Positions 10,735 through 20,542 of a DNA stretch of 57,653 nucleotides are shown piece after piece (the first letter of the stretch is position 1; each line of letters opens with the position of its first letter). This stretch comes from a bacterium. Its GTDB lineage: Bacteria; Bacillota_I; Bacilli_A; RFN20; CAG-826. Where the stretch lies: positions 1 to 57,653 of the forward strand of contig CAVGXP010000029.1 in assembly GCA_963633165.1 (NCBI GenBank), read 5' to 3'. The notes under the pieces were generated by a model, which worked only from the letters and a program-made list of their open reading frames with translations, made no database searches and had not been told where the DNA came from. The position numbers were made by a program, and so were the translations under genes.

Positions 10735-10808
10735 TGGTGCCCTCACCCTTAGTCGAAAAGAGGTCTGATCCTTACCATGGATCCGTTCTACCGCTGAACT
10801 ATGAGGGC
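10735..10808 (-). tRNA. tRNA-Thr (anticodon GGU)
   Basis: Hand-folded 74-nt cloverleaf: GCCCTCA/TGAGGGC acceptor stem, GTTC-AGCGGTA-GAAC D arm, GATCC-ATGGTAA-GGATC anticodon arm, CTCTT-TTCGACT-AAGGG T arm, and an encoded ACCA 3' end. Confidence 0.85.
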
Positions 10809-10851
10809 GGTAAGCCGTTCGAGCTCGCTACAAACCCTTCCGGCGAGGAAG

Positions 10852-10880
10852 ATTATATGCCCTGCCCCTAGGCACGGCAA
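10852..10880 (-). promoter_or_regulatory. Candidate promoter for tRNA-Thr (and possibly the downstream GT4 operon)
   Basis: Minus strand TTGCCG-17 nt-TATAAT, about 44 nt upstream of the tRNA 5' end. Confidence 0.4.
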
Positions 10881-11264
10881 GGAGTTTTTTCACTTTCATG
10901 AAAACTCGCCTCACGCCGATAAAAATCGACGTTCTGAAATATCGTTTTGCCAAGGAGTTAATGCGACGAAAATGGATTTCCATTCCCCTTCTTCAACTCT
11001 TTCAAAGGCCTTAATAAAACATTGAGACCTTCCTATTTTGCAATGCAAAAACACAAAATTAACTACGGATTAATTCGCTTTTATTCCTTGCTTATTCACT
11101 TCCTTCTATATCGTTAAATAAGAAGAGACCCCCTTTTGTCTACCTATGTTCATTCTTAGATCTCGGCTATAGACGTCTGGTTCCTCTTTTTAGGTTAACT
11201 ATTTACCAACCACGTTCCTTTCTTGTTTAAATACGGATGGCTGAGTTCGCGACGCTAAATAAAG

Positions 11265-11287
11265 AAAAAGGGGCAAGCGCCCCTTTT
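11265..11287 (-). terminator. Intrinsic terminator after rimO (bidirectional shape)
   Basis: AAAAGGGGC-AAGC-GCCCCTTTT. On the minus strand it lies about 20 nt after the rimO stop and is followed by TTTTTCTTTATTT. Confidence 0.7.
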
Positions 11288-11303
11288 ACTAAGAAAACAA
11301 TTA

Positions 11304-12596
11304 TTAGGCAACCCTTTCGCCGATGAGGTCGTAAATGAGGGCGTCAGTGATCTTCACCTTGGCGATGTCGCCTTCTTGCAAAGGTTCGTCGCTACTGAAG
11401 AGAATGCTGCCATCGATGTCGTCAGGGGCGTTCCAATAGCTGCGAAGGAGGTATTTGCCCCCTTGCTTCCCTACCACAAGGCCCTCCATCGTTTCACCGA
11501 TATGCTCCTTGTTTTTGCTGTAGCTGATTTTCGCTTGCAGCTTCATCAGCTCATCCCGGCGTTTCTTCTTCACTTTCTCCGGGATTTGGTCAGGGAATGA
11601 ATAGGAAGCTGTCCCCTCCTCGCGGGAATAGGTGAAGCAGCCCATCTTATCGAAGCCGATGTCCTCTAAGAAGGCAAGGGTTTCCTTTTGATCTTCCTCA
11701 TTCTCCCCGGGGAAGCCGGCGATGAGGGTGGTTCTAAGGATGGCGTCAGGGCAGATAAGGCGGATTTTCTTGAACAAATCGACGGTGGCTTGCTGAAGCG
11801 CGTGGCGTCTCATCAGCTTCAGAAGATGGTCGGAAGCGCATTGGACGGGGATGTCGAAATAATGGGCGATGATCTTGCTTTCAGCGATCTTATGGATCAG
11901 TTCATCGGAGATCTCGCTGGGATAGAGGTAAAGCAAACGGATGGAATAGAAGCCGATTTTTTCCAAATCGTCTAACAAAGAGACGATGTCTTTGCCGTTT
12001 TTGAGGTCCATTCCATACACCGTAGTGTCTTGCGAGATCAAAGAGATTTCCTTGACCCCGGTTTCCTTAAGGTGCTTGGCCTCTTCGATAATCTCTTCGT
12101 AAGGCCTGGATTTGAAACGACCGCGGATATTGGGAATCGCGCAGAAAGAGCAGAAATTGTTGCAGCCGTCGGAAATGCGAAGATAGGCCGAATAGGAAGA
12201 CGTCGCCAAAAGGCGGTTCAGGGGGTTCATCGGGGCGATGCCTTTTTCCCCAAGCAATTCCATGAAAAGGTTGGAAAGCTTGGGATAGTCCTTCAAAGGC
12301 ACGATGAGATCGGCTTCGGGGATTTCTTTCTTGAGCTCCTCAGCGTAGCGGGTGGCAAGGCAGCCGGTGACCACCAGTTTGGCCTTTGGCTTATAGGAAG
12401 CAAGGTCGAGGATGGTCTGAATGGATTCTTTTTTGGCGCTGGAGATGAAACCGCATGTGTTGACGATGATGAGATCGGCCCCTTTGGGATCGCCGGATAA
12501 CTCAAAGCGGTCGGAAGGGAACATGGCGAGCATTTCTTCCGAATCAACGAGGTTTTTGGCGCACCCTAGGCTGACGAGGCAAACTTTTTTCTTCAT
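11304..12596 (-). CDS. rimO: Radical-SAM methylthiotransferase, RimO-like
   Basis: N-terminal LVSLGCAKNLVDSE, radical-SAM CNNFCSFC, and a C-terminal TRAM-like region. ATG 12596 overlaps the malQ TGA. Confidence 0.8.
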   Translation of the reverse strand: MKKKVCLVSLGCAKNLVDSEEMLAMFPSDRFELSGDPKGADLIIVNTCGFISSAKKESIQTILDLASYKPKAKLVVTGCLATRYAEELKKEIPEADLIVPLKDYPKLSNLFMELLGEKGIAPMNPLNRLLATSSYSAYLRISDGCNNFCSFCAIPNIRGRFKSRPYEEIIEEAKHLKETGVKEISLISQDTTVYGMDLKNGKDIVSLLDDLEKIGFYSIRLLYLYPSEISDELIHKIAESKIIAHYFDIPVQCASDHLLKLMRRHALQQATVDLFKKIRLICPDAILRTTLIAGFPGENEEDQKETLAFLEDIGFDKMGCFTYSREEGTASYSFPDQIPEKVKKKRRDELMKLQAKISYSKNKEHIGETMEGLVVGKQGGKYLLRSYWNAPDDIDGSILFSSDEPLQEGDIAKVKITDALIYDLIGERVA

Positions 12597-14071
12597 CAAT
12601 TCCCCCTTCCTTCTTCTTTGAGGAAAGAAGAAAGCTTGGGGAGCAGGCTTTCGAATTCATCGAAGGAAGACATTTTCCAAGTCCAGTTCCTATCATCCAC
12701 CGTCCCCGGGACGTTGGTGCGGGCATAGCTATCCAAGCCGAGGATATCCTGCATGGAAAGCAAGACATAGTCGGCCTTTTTCTTCAAGGAATAGCGGATG
12801 AGCCTTTCGCAGATGGTGCCCTCGCTGATGCCGAGGTTTTCCAAAGCAAGGACCCATCGGGCTTGTTCCTCTTCGCTTTGAGAATAGAAGAAAGAAAGGA
12901 TCGTGTCGTTATCGTGGGTGCCAAGATACACCACGGAATTCTCCTCGTCCCACTTCCCTTTATGCTCGATTTCGTAATCGTGGAAGGTGAATTGGACGAC
13001 GTTCATCCCAGGGAAGGAATAATGATCGCGGAGGGTGAGGACTTCCGGACGCAAATCGCCAAGGTCTTCGGCGATGATTTTGAGGTTGGGGTATTTGCTG
13101 AAGAGTTTGTCGAACAAGGCATAGCCCGGGGCCTCTACCCAAGCCCCTTCCACCGCGGTTGGGCAGGAAGAGGGAATCTTCCAATAGGTGTCGAAGGCGC
13201 GGAAATGGTCGAGGCGGAGGATATCGTAGATCTTCGCGTTGAGGGCGATGCGGTTGATGATGAAGGCGAATTCCTCTTTCTGGAGTTTGTCCCAATCATA
13301 GATGGGGTTGCCCCATCTTTGCCCGGTCGCGGAGAAATAATCCGGGGGCACGCCGGCGATGAAAGAGGGCTGTTTGCTGGAGGGGTCGAGGAGGAAATCC
13401 TCTTGATCGGTCCACACATCGCAGGAATCAAAGCCCACGTAGAAAGGGAGGTCCCCGATGATTTGGATGCCTTTGCCATTGGCGTATTCGTGCAATGCAT
13501 CCCATTGCTGATAGAGCTTGTATTGGAGATAAAGTCGGTAATCGGCCTGCTTTTTAATCTCACCGCGAAGAGGCGTGCGCTTAACGACCCAGTCTCTTCT
13601 TTTGGCGTCCCATTTGTCCCAGCTTTCCTTTTTCTCCTCATGGAAGGCGCTGAAGACGGAATAGTCTTTCGCCCAAGGGTGGGCGAGGCAAAATTTCTTA
13701 AGGCAGGACGGGGATTTCTTGAGTTCGGCTTCGAAGGCCAACCTTAGGAAAGGCTCTTTGAAGGCGCGAACGTCTTCGTAGGCGATTTTCTCGCCAACGG
13801 GATTGAAATCGGGGGCTTTTTCGATCAGTCCTTCTTCATGAAGGGCATCCAAATCGATGTAGAGCTCATCCATGGCGAAGCTGCTGTAAGGCTGATAAGG
13901 GGAATGGCCATAGCCAAGCGGAGCCAAAGGCAATATCTGCCACAATGAGAACCCCGAATCGGAAAGGAGGTCCACGAAATGGTAGGCCTGCTTTCCAAAA
14001 TCCCCGATGCCGAAGCGGCTAGGGAGGGAATTGACGCCGATGAGAACACCGGCTTTGCGTTTATCGTTCAT
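12596..14071 (-). CDS. malQ: 4-alpha-glucanotransferase (amylomaltase, GH77)
   Basis: GIGDFG...WQILPL...SPYQPYSSFA N-terminal signature. Start set at ATG 14071 with GAGG 7 nt upstream. Confidence 0.9.
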   Translation of the reverse strand: MNDKRKAGVLIGVNSLPSRFGIGDFGKQAYHFVDLLSDSGFSLWQILPLAPLGYGHSPYQPYSSFAMDELYIDLDALHEEGLIEKAPDFNPVGEKIAYEDVRAFKEPFLRLAFEAELKKSPSCLKKFCLAHPWAKDYSVFSAFHEEKKESWDKWDAKRRDWVVKRTPLRGEIKKQADYRLYLQYKLYQQWDALHEYANGKGIQIIGDLPFYVGFDSCDVWTDQEDFLLDPSSKQPSFIAGVPPDYFSATGQRWGNPIYDWDKLQKEEFAFIINRIALNAKIYDILRLDHFRAFDTYWKIPSSCPTAVEGAWVEAPGYALFDKLFSKYPNLKIIAEDLGDLRPEVLTLRDHYSFPGMNVVQFTFHDYEIEHKGKWDEENSVVYLGTHDNDTILSFFYSQSEEEQARWVLALENLGISEGTICERLIRYSLKKKADYVLLSMQDILGLDSYARTNVPGTVDDRNWTWKMSSFDEFESLLPKLSSFLKEEGRGN

Positions 14072-14093
14072 TTTCTTACCTCGTAAAGAAATA

Positions 14094-15269
14094 TCAATCT
14101 TCTTCAATCAGGGCCGGGCCGCCTTTGTAGAAACAATCGTCGATGACGTTTTCTTTGCCATAGACGCTAGAAAGCGCATCGATGAATTCCTGCTTTCTGC
14201 TTGGGACGGGGAAGCAAAGGATGCTTCCGGCGAAGCCTCCGCCCATGATGCGGCATTTCCCATCGGTGAGGAAGCGCCTAGCGACGTCGATGGCCTCTTG
14301 GGGGGAATCCTTATAATGGCCGGGGACCATGGTGTTTTGCAGCATGGCCCTGCTGCTTTCTCCCGAAAGCTCAACGCAGCGGAGGAAAGTGGCCTCATCC
14401 CTTTCTAGGATGGCTTTCCTGGCGTCAAGGACGCGTCTATTCTCGTCGAAGAAATGCGTGGCGCGGAGCTTGGCGATTTCGCTGACGCCAACCGTCGGAT
14501 TGGTGATTCGCTGATAGAAGTCCTCCGGAGCGACTTCGCGCAGACATTTCTTGCCGAAGACGTTGCAGGCGACTTCTTTCATGTCTTTGCCAATGGATGC
14601 ATAAAGGGAGGTCAACCCATCATGGCTAGAGGGGGTGATCACCAAAACGGGGGTCAAGGGGAAATTGAATTCCAAGGGCTCGACGATCGGGTCTTCGGGG
14701 TTTTTGAAATCGACGTAATTCACCCCACCATAGCAGCAGCCGATCTGATCGAGGATTCCGCAGGGCTTTCCGAAGAAGACCACTTCGGCGTATTGGCAGG
14801 CAAAGGCCAAATCCTTTTGGGGGATCTTGCCTTCGTTGAAGAGGTCATTGATGATCTCGCCAATCAAAGATTCAAAGCAAGCCGAGGAAGAAACCCCGCT
14901 GCCAGAGGGGATGTCGCTATAGCAAGAGGCGAAGAAGCCCCCGATTTTATAGCCAAGTTTCCGCAAAGCGAATAGCACCCCTTTAACCAAAGCCAAGGAA
15001 GTCCCCTTCTCTTCCTCTTTGGGCGCAAGGTCGCTTAGATGGGCCTCAAAAGGGCGGAAGCCATAAGAGGACAAACGCACCAAATCCAGGGAATTCGGGC
15101 AGCAGGCGCAGGTGATGCCTAGTGAGCTTCCTGCAACTAGGGCAAGGCCGTTATTATGATCGGTGTGATTGCCTAAGATTTCGATGCGCCCGTGGGCGAA
15201 ATAATGCTTGCGTTTGATGTCGCCGAATTCTTTGTAGAAAATGGCGTCGGTTTCTTCGATTTTGATCAT
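14094..15269 (-). CDS. galK: Galactokinase
   Basis: GRIEILGNHTDHNNG galactokinase signature and the GHMP motif PSGSGVSSSA. The ATG overlaps the galT stop. Confidence 0.9.
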   Translation of the reverse strand: MIKIEETDAIFYKEFGDIKRKHYFAHGRIEILGNHTDHNNGLALVAGSSLGITCACCPNSLDLVRLSSYGFRPFEAHLSDLAPKEEEKGTSLALVKGVLFALRKLGYKIGGFFASCYSDIPSGSGVSSSACFESLIGEIINDLFNEGKIPQKDLAFACQYAEVVFFGKPCGILDQIGCCYGGVNYVDFKNPEDPIVEPLEFNFPLTPVLVITPSSHDGLTSLYASIGKDMKEVACNVFGKKCLREVAPEDFYQRITNPTVGVSEIAKLRATHFFDENRRVLDARKAILERDEATFLRCVELSGESSRAMLQNTMVPGHYKDSPQEAIDVARRFLTDGKCRIMGGGFAGSILCFPVPSRKQEFIDALSSVYGKENVIDDCFYKGGPALIEED

Positions 15270-16768
15270 AATTCAACACTGTGGAGGAACTTCTCCAACC
15301 CTTTCTCCCCTTCGGGGGTTGCTTTGTAAACGGCGACGTTGCAAAGGATGTTCTTGCAGACTTCACCATAATACTCTTGCGTGGTCACGCCGCGGCGAAG
15401 AGCTTCCATCATGGGCACGAAATCCGCTAAATCGGGATTTTCCGTGATGATTTGCTCATTGGATTTGCCTTCTTTGATGCCGTCTTCAATCGCCTTGCCT
15501 TGACGAACCAAACGAGCTGGCAAGATGAAGCGCCCCGCCGCTTCGATGAGTCCGATGCCTTCTTTTTTGATGTGGAAGTATTCCGGATGGGCATGGAAGA
15601 TGCCATCGGGATAGGCTTCGTCGCAGCGGTTGTTCCTTAAGATGAGGTAGAAGCAATAATCCTTGCCTTGGCGGTCAAGGATCGGGGTAACGGTGCTATG
15701 AAGCCCCGCTTCATCGCGGCAAATGATGTTATTGCTAGGATCGTCGTAGCCTCTCCAAGCCGTCGTGATTTTATCGGCGAGATCGAGAATTTCTTCCTTG
15801 TCTTCGCCTTTGATCCTAAGTGCCGTGTCGTAGAAATCGACGACTTCAAGGCTGCAGTGAGGATGCTTTGGAGAAGAGATTTCCTTCTTCGTTTTTGCTT
15901 TAAGTAGCGGCAATTTATGGAGCCCGCCTTGGAAATGCTCGTGGTTGAGGATCGAGCCTCCGACGATGGGAAGGTCGCTATTGCTGCCGATGAAATAATG
16001 GGGGAAGAGCGCGTTGAAGGCGAACAGCTGAGAGAAAATGCGACGGGAGATTTCCATCCTCTCATGCTTTTGATAGAAGAGGATGCAATGCTCGCTGTAA
16101 TAGCCATAAGGCGAGAACTGGAGATACCATTTCTCCGAATTATCTAAGCGCAAGGGGATGAAACGGATGTTCTCCCTCGGTGCGTGGCCGTTTATTCCGG
16201 GATAGCCGAGGTTTTCTTGGCAAAGGGCGCAAAGCGGGTACTTATCTTTCCCAACTTCGGGACTAGAAACAAGTTTAGCGATGTCTTTGTTGTTCTTCTC
16301 GGGCTTAGAGAGGTTGATGGTGATCTCCAAAGAGGGGGAAGAGGGGAAATTGGCGTCGAAGCAAATATTCTTATCGACCTTGGATTTGGCGATGTAATTG
16401 TTGGCGACGCCCAGCTTGTAAAGGTAAGAGGTCGCCGCAATTGGGGACTCAGACTCATAAAGGGCATCGAATTCCTCATTGACTTGGCTCGGGCGCGGGG
16501 AAAGGATTCCCAGAACGTAAGAGGAGGCGTCGGCGGCCTCTTCTTGGCTCATGCCCCTTTCAACGAAGCAGGCCTCCAAAGAGGAAACGATTTCATCAGG
16601 CACCTCCATCGCCTCGATCTCGCTTTCATCGATATCCCCGCTATAAGGCGGGAAGCAGTTGAATTTGGCCAAGAGGAGGTTCTCGAAATAGATGACGTCC
16701 TCTTCGTTTAGATGCAAATGCTTGGTGGCGTAGCAAATAGCCTCGGCGATGCTTTTTTGAATATTCAT
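15266..16768 (-). CDS. galT: Galactose-1-phosphate uridylyltransferase, type 2 (Firmicutes-type, about 500 aa)
   Basis: Length and internal sequence (WYLQFSPYGYYSEHCILF...) match family-2 GalT. It sits between galM and galK with 4-nt overlaps. Confidence 0.9.
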   Translation of the reverse strand: MNIQKSIAEAICYATKHLHLNEEDVIYFENLLLAKFNCFPPYSGDIDESEIEAMEVPDEIVSSLEACFVERGMSQEEAADASSYVLGILSPRPSQVNEEFDALYESESPIAATSYLYKLGVANNYIAKSKVDKNICFDANFPSSPSLEITINLSKPEKNNKDIAKLVSSPEVGKDKYPLCALCQENLGYPGINGHAPRENIRFIPLRLDNSEKWYLQFSPYGYYSEHCILFYQKHERMEISRRIFSQLFAFNALFPHYFIGSNSDLPIVGGSILNHEHFQGGLHKLPLLKAKTKKEISSPKHPHCSLEVVDFYDTALRIKGEDKEEILDLADKITTAWRGYDDPSNNIICRDEAGLHSTVTPILDRQGKDYCFYLILRNNRCDEAYPDGIFHAHPEYFHIKKEGIGLIEAAGRFILPARLVRQGKAIEDGIKEGKSNEQIITENPDLADFVPMMEALRRGVTTQEYYGEVCKNILCNVAVYKATPEGEKGLEKFLHSVEL

Positions 16769-17754
16769 TCTTCCTCTCCTTTTCTTTTGAAGGAAAATAC
16801 GACGTTGCGAATTTCTTTAGCGTTTTTATCGCACATCAAGGTTTCATCCATCCTAGAGACAGGCTCGAAGGTTATCCCAGAACCCTTGGAATCCTCATTT
16901 CCTAGCAGCATCTTTTGCCCACTCACAGGATAGTTCGTCGCATAGATTTGGAAACAGGGTGCATCGGTGGTGACTTCTAAGACGTAATCTTTCCCGATGA
17001 GGGTTGCCTGAGGGGCTTCCCCTTCCTTGAGTAAGAAGGCGTGGTCCAACCCTCCGACGCTACTCACCAAAGAGGGGGCGAGGATATCCTTCCCCACCGT
17101 TTTGCCTTTTGAGAAGTCAAGCTCTTCGGTTGGCTTTTCAAAGCGAGATAAGAGCATCCCCTCCCGATAAACGGCGACTTCCTTTTGCCTTAATTTGAGC
17201 AAGCAAGGATAGATGCTTTCTTGCCCTAGGCAGAAATAAGCGTGGTTAGTGAGGTTGATGGGGGCGGCGATGTCTGGGATGGCTGACATCACAATCGAAA
17301 TTGTATCGTTTTCCTGGTCTAGAGTATAGGAAATGGAGGCATCGACATTTGCATTGTATTGCCCAAAGCAAGAAGGGAATTTCTTAAAGAAGATAACCGT
17401 GGTAGAAACATCACTTTCCTTTATTTCGTACTCAAACGGAGAGAAAGCATAGCAAAGCGAGCCACTATGGAGGGAATTGTTCCCCTCGTTGATAGGCAGG
17501 CAGCAGGGTTTCTCCCCCACCACGATATTTCCGTTTTCGACCCTTCCCGCGATGGGGCCGACGAATTTGCCATAATAGCTTTTTGAATGCGCGTAGGTCA
17601 GACAATCCTTAGGCGCGGCGAGCATTTGTTTCCCTTCGATTAGGAAAGAATACATTCCAGCCCCGAATTGGCTTAAGGTCAGGACGCTGCCTTTTCTAGA
17701 GACGACTTCGATAAGATCGTAGCCATCGCTTTGTTTATGAACGGAAACGCTCAT
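16765..17754 (-). CDS. galM: Aldose 1-epimerase (galactose mutarotase)
   Basis: 329 aa with NSLHSG and NHAYF motifs, in a Leloir-pathway context. Confidence 0.85.
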   Translation of the reverse strand: MSVSVHKQSDGYDLIEVVSRKGSVLTLSQFGAGMYSFLIEGKQMLAAPKDCLTYAHSKSYYGKFVGPIAGRVENGNIVVGEKPCCLPINEGNNSLHSGSLCYAFSPFEYEIKESDVSTTVIFFKKFPSCFGQYNANVDASISYTLDQENDTISIVMSAIPDIAAPINLTNHAYFCLGQESIYPCLLKLRQKEVAVYREGMLLSRFEKPTEELDFSKGKTVGKDILAPSLVSSVGGLDHAFLLKEGEAPQATLIGKDYVLEVTTDAPCFQIYATNYPVSGQKMLLGNEDSKGSGITFEPVSRMDETLMCDKNAKEIRNVVFSFKRKGEEE

Positions 17755-18959
17755 TGCTTTGCCTCCGAAAGAAGAATCGAAAGTTCATGCTTATCCATTA
17801 ATTTAGGAACCGGGTAAAGGGGATTGGCTTCTTTATCGGCGTGGACGGATAAAGCAGGGATATCCTCATCCTTGATGAGATTATCAAAGCCCGCCGGTAT
17901 GCCCATGGCAGTGTTTAAGCCTTTCACCCAATCGATGAAAGAAGTCGCCTGCTCGTGAACGTTCTTCGAATTCGAAAGACCTAGAAAGATAGAGGCCTGG
18001 GCAAGTTTTCTTTCCGCTTTCTTGCCATACCCTTTTAGGACGATAGGCAAAAGCACCGCGTTAGCGTAGCCGTGGGCGACGCCATAATATCCGCCTAGGG
18101 CATGAGCCAAGGCATGGACGTAGCCAACATATCCCCTAGTGAAGCTCACTCCGGCGTAAAAAGCGGCTTTTTGCATGGCTTCGGCGTGGGTTTTATCCTT
18201 GGGATTTTGATAGAAGCCCACCAAATGGTCGCGAATCAAGGCCATGGATTTAAGCGACATGTCTTTGGTCAGCTTACTCCTGGCCCCGCCGATAAAGCTT
18301 TCGATGGCGTGGGTCAAAGCATCCATCCCCGTCGAAGCGATCAAAGAAGGCGGCAAAGAGGTCAGCAATTCAGGGTCAAGCACAGCCAAGGAGGGGATCA
18401 GATGAGGGTCGTTGATCGCGAATTTGTCTTTCTTCTCCTCATCGACGACAACCGAGGCTATCGTCGCTTCCGAGCCCGATCCTGCGGTCGTTGGGATGGC
18501 GATAAGCAAAGGGATCTTCTTATGCACCTTTAAGACGCCTTTGTAGCAAGAGAGTTTTTTCTTGGGATTTATCGATTTAACCCCGACGGCTTTGGCGGCG
18601 TCGATGGCGCTTCCCCCGCCTAGGGCGAGCAAGCAATCGCATCCATTTTCAGCATAGGCGCCATAGGCTTCGTCAACGACTTTGAAGGGAGGATTGGGGA
18701 CGATGCCGGTAAAAAGGGCGTACCCTACCCCTTCTTTCTCCAGCGGATCGGTGAGCAATTTGATCGAGCCGTTGCGGAGGGAAGAAGGCGTCGCCAAAAT
18801 CAACGGTTTATGGACGTTTTTGCCCTTGAGGTAAGAGGGGATGCGTTTGAGGGAATCTTGACCCGAATAGACTTCAGGAACCCTGAAACGAATGAACTTT
18901 TGGGCTACAAAAAGGGATTTTTGATAGGCTCTGCAAAAGAAAGCGCGGAAGGGATTCAT
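17751..18959 (-). CDS. Iron-containing (group III) alcohol dehydrogenase
   Basis: GGGSAIDAAKA and downstream His-rich metal motifs. Start set at ATG 18959 with GAGGA 7 nt upstream; the track start is a TTG. Confidence 0.85.
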   Translation of the reverse strand: MNPFRAFFCRAYQKSLFVAQKFIRFRVPEVYSGQDSLKRIPSYLKGKNVHKPLILATPSSLRNGSIKLLTDPLEKEGVGYALFTGIVPNPPFKVVDEAYGAYAENGCDCLLALGGGSAIDAAKAVGVKSINPKKKLSCYKGVLKVHKKIPLLIAIPTTAGSGSEATIASVVVDEEKKDKFAINDPHLIPSLAVLDPELLTSLPPSLIASTGMDALTHAIESFIGGARSKLTKDMSLKSMALIRDHLVGFYQNPKDKTHAEAMQKAAFYAGVSFTRGYVGYVHALAHALGGYYGVAHGYANAVLLPIVLKGYGKKAERKLAQASIFLGLSNSKNVHEQATSFIDWVKGLNTAMGIPAGFDNLIKDEDIPALSVHADKEANPLYPVPKLMDKHELSILLSEAKQ

Positions 18960-18969
18960 CTTGTTTTCC

Positions 18970-20541
18970 TCATAAAAGCGGGTCAATGACCCTAAGCATG
19001 GACCAATAGCCTTGGTTCCTTATTCTCCAACGTTCCCACTCGCTTAGACTCACCTCGTGGCAAAGGGCGAAAGTGTCGTCGAAGTCCCTTTTCATGCTGC
19101 TGATCGATGGCACTCCCATAAGGAGGGTTCCGCATTCAAGATGGAGATAAAGTGAGCGATAATCGAGGTTGATGGTGCCGCAGGTGGCGTATTTGCCATC
19201 CACGAGAAAGGTCTTCTCATGGACGAAGCCCGGAGTGTATTCATAAACGCGGACTCCCGCTTTCAAAAGCTTGCCGTAATAAGACCGGGTGAGATTGAAA
19301 ACGGCTTTCTTATCGGGGATATGCGGGGTGATGAGCCTGACGTCGATGCCGCTTTTGGCAGTGCGGCAAAGGGCATTTTCCATTTCATTGTCCAAAATGA
19401 GATAGGGCGTGGTGATATAGCAATATTTCTCGGCTTTCTGCAAAAGGGAAAGGTAAACGGACTCCCCGACTTCCTCATGGCTGAAAGGAAGGTCGCCATA
19501 AGGCTGGACGAAGCCTTCAGTTTTAGGAAACCCGCCGACCTCATCGATGTAGGTTTCGGGCAAATATTGGGTTTTATCGATGTTTTCTTTATGGACGGAA
19601 GCCCAGGTGGAAAGAAAAAGCAAAGTCAAGGAATAGACGGCTTCGCCCCTAAGCATGATCGCGTTGTCCTTCCAATGGCCGAAACGTTCCAGGCGGTTGA
19701 CGTATTCATCGGCGAGGTTGAATCCCCCCGTGAATCCGGTGTGGCCGTCGATGACGAGGATTTTGCGGTGGTCGCGATTGTTCTGTCTGACGTCTAAAAT
19801 CGGGCGGAAGGGATTATAAGCAATGGCCTTGATGCCCATTTTTCTAAGTTTCAGGTCGTAACCTGAAGGAAGGGTGGAAAGAGAGCCGACGCTATCGTAA
19901 ATCACCCTGACGTCGACCCCCTCCTTCACTTTCTCAACTAGAATCTCGAGTATCGAATCCCAGAAAACGCCGGGAGCGATAATGAAGAATTCCATGAAGA
20001 TGTAGTGCTTGGCTTTTTTCAGTTCCCTTAGAATCGGCTCAAAGGCAAAATCCACCAGTCCGAAATATTCGACTTCGGTCCTTCCGTGCGCCCCCATTTT
20101 CCCGATGTTGACGAGGAAATCAGAGAGCGGGATCGCGGCGGGAAGCTGTTTGCGAATTTCGGAATGGGTCAGCTGATCGGTGGGGTGTTCCAAAATCGGG
20201 TAGCATTCTTTGGCCAGCTTTTTCCGGTTATGGCGGGAATCGGCTTTGTTGGCGAGGAAAACATACAGGAGGATGCCCCCGATCGGAAAGGCGAAGACGA
20301 AGAACATCCAAGCGATTTTGTAGGAGGCTGCGGAACCGCTGTTAATGATGTAAACGCTCAAGATGACATCAAGGGTGAAAATGAGCGCGATGAAATAAAG
20401 GATGAAGGTCGCCCCTTTCGCCGAATCGGTGACCACGCCCAAAAGGTAAAGCACTCCGAAAGCAACGAGCACCATTTGGGCAAGAATCAACAGCCCACAC
20501 AAAAGTTTTGGCAGAAAAGCAGGCGCGAAGAGTTTCTTCAT
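18970..20541 (-). CDS. cls: Cardiolipin synthase (PLD superfamily)
   Basis: Two N-terminal TM segments and two HKD motifs (HRKILVIDG, HEKTFLVDG). Confidence 0.9.
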   Translation of the reverse strand: MKKLFAPAFLPKLLCGLLILAQMVLVAFGVLYLLGVVTDSAKGATFILYFIALIFTLDVILSVYIINSGSAASYKIAWMFFVFAFPIGGILLYVFLANKADSRHNRKKLAKECYPILEHPTDQLTHSEIRKQLPAAIPLSDFLVNIGKMGAHGRTEVEYFGLVDFAFEPILRELKKAKHYIFMEFFIIAPGVFWDSILEILVEKVKEGVDVRVIYDSVGSLSTLPSGYDLKLRKMGIKAIAYNPFRPILDVRQNNRDHRKILVIDGHTGFTGGFNLADEYVNRLERFGHWKDNAIMLRGEAVYSLTLLFLSTWASVHKENIDKTQYLPETYIDEVGGFPKTEGFVQPYGDLPFSHEEVGESVYLSLLQKAEKYCYITTPYLILDNEMENALCRTAKSGIDVRLITPHIPDKKAVFNLTRSYYGKLLKAGVRVYEYTPGFVHEKTFLVDGKYATCGTINLDYRSLYLHLECGTLLMGVPSISSMKRDFDDTFALCHEVSLSEWERWRIRNQGYWSMLRVIDPLL

Positions 20542-20542
20542 T

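Noticed and set aside
9610-10746. N-terminal extensions in the ORF track for many genes. Affected coordinates include 10746, 3730, 4046, 6595, 8787, 14107, 18986, 23790, 24156, 36101, 37201, 40868, 50435, 54076 and 56169.
   Set aside because: The ORF track starts at the most upstream start codon, often an alternative one. The several I checked on the sequence (for example 3730, 18986, 40868, 50435) are TTG codons. In each case a downstream ATG has a Shine-Dalgarno sequence or an ATGA overlap. The extension would also run into a tRNA, a terminator or a divergent gene.
10809-10851. A CCGGAAGG-containing hairpin in the tRNA-Thr leader, which briefly looked like SRP RNA domain IV.
   Set aside because: The GGAA loop is not followed by the conserved GGAAGCAGC/AAGG motifs. 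Only about 36 nt fit between the candidate TSS and the tRNA, which is far too short for an SRP RNA.
10801-11025. A 74-aa plus-strand ORF, and a 52-aa very basic minus-strand ORF (about 10983 down to 10825), in the spacer upstream of tRNA-Thr.
   Set aside because: The plus-strand ORF starts inside the tRNA-Thr gene. The minus-strand ORF has GGGG directly abutting its ATG and runs through the candidate tRNA promoter. Neither resembles a known small protein that I can name.
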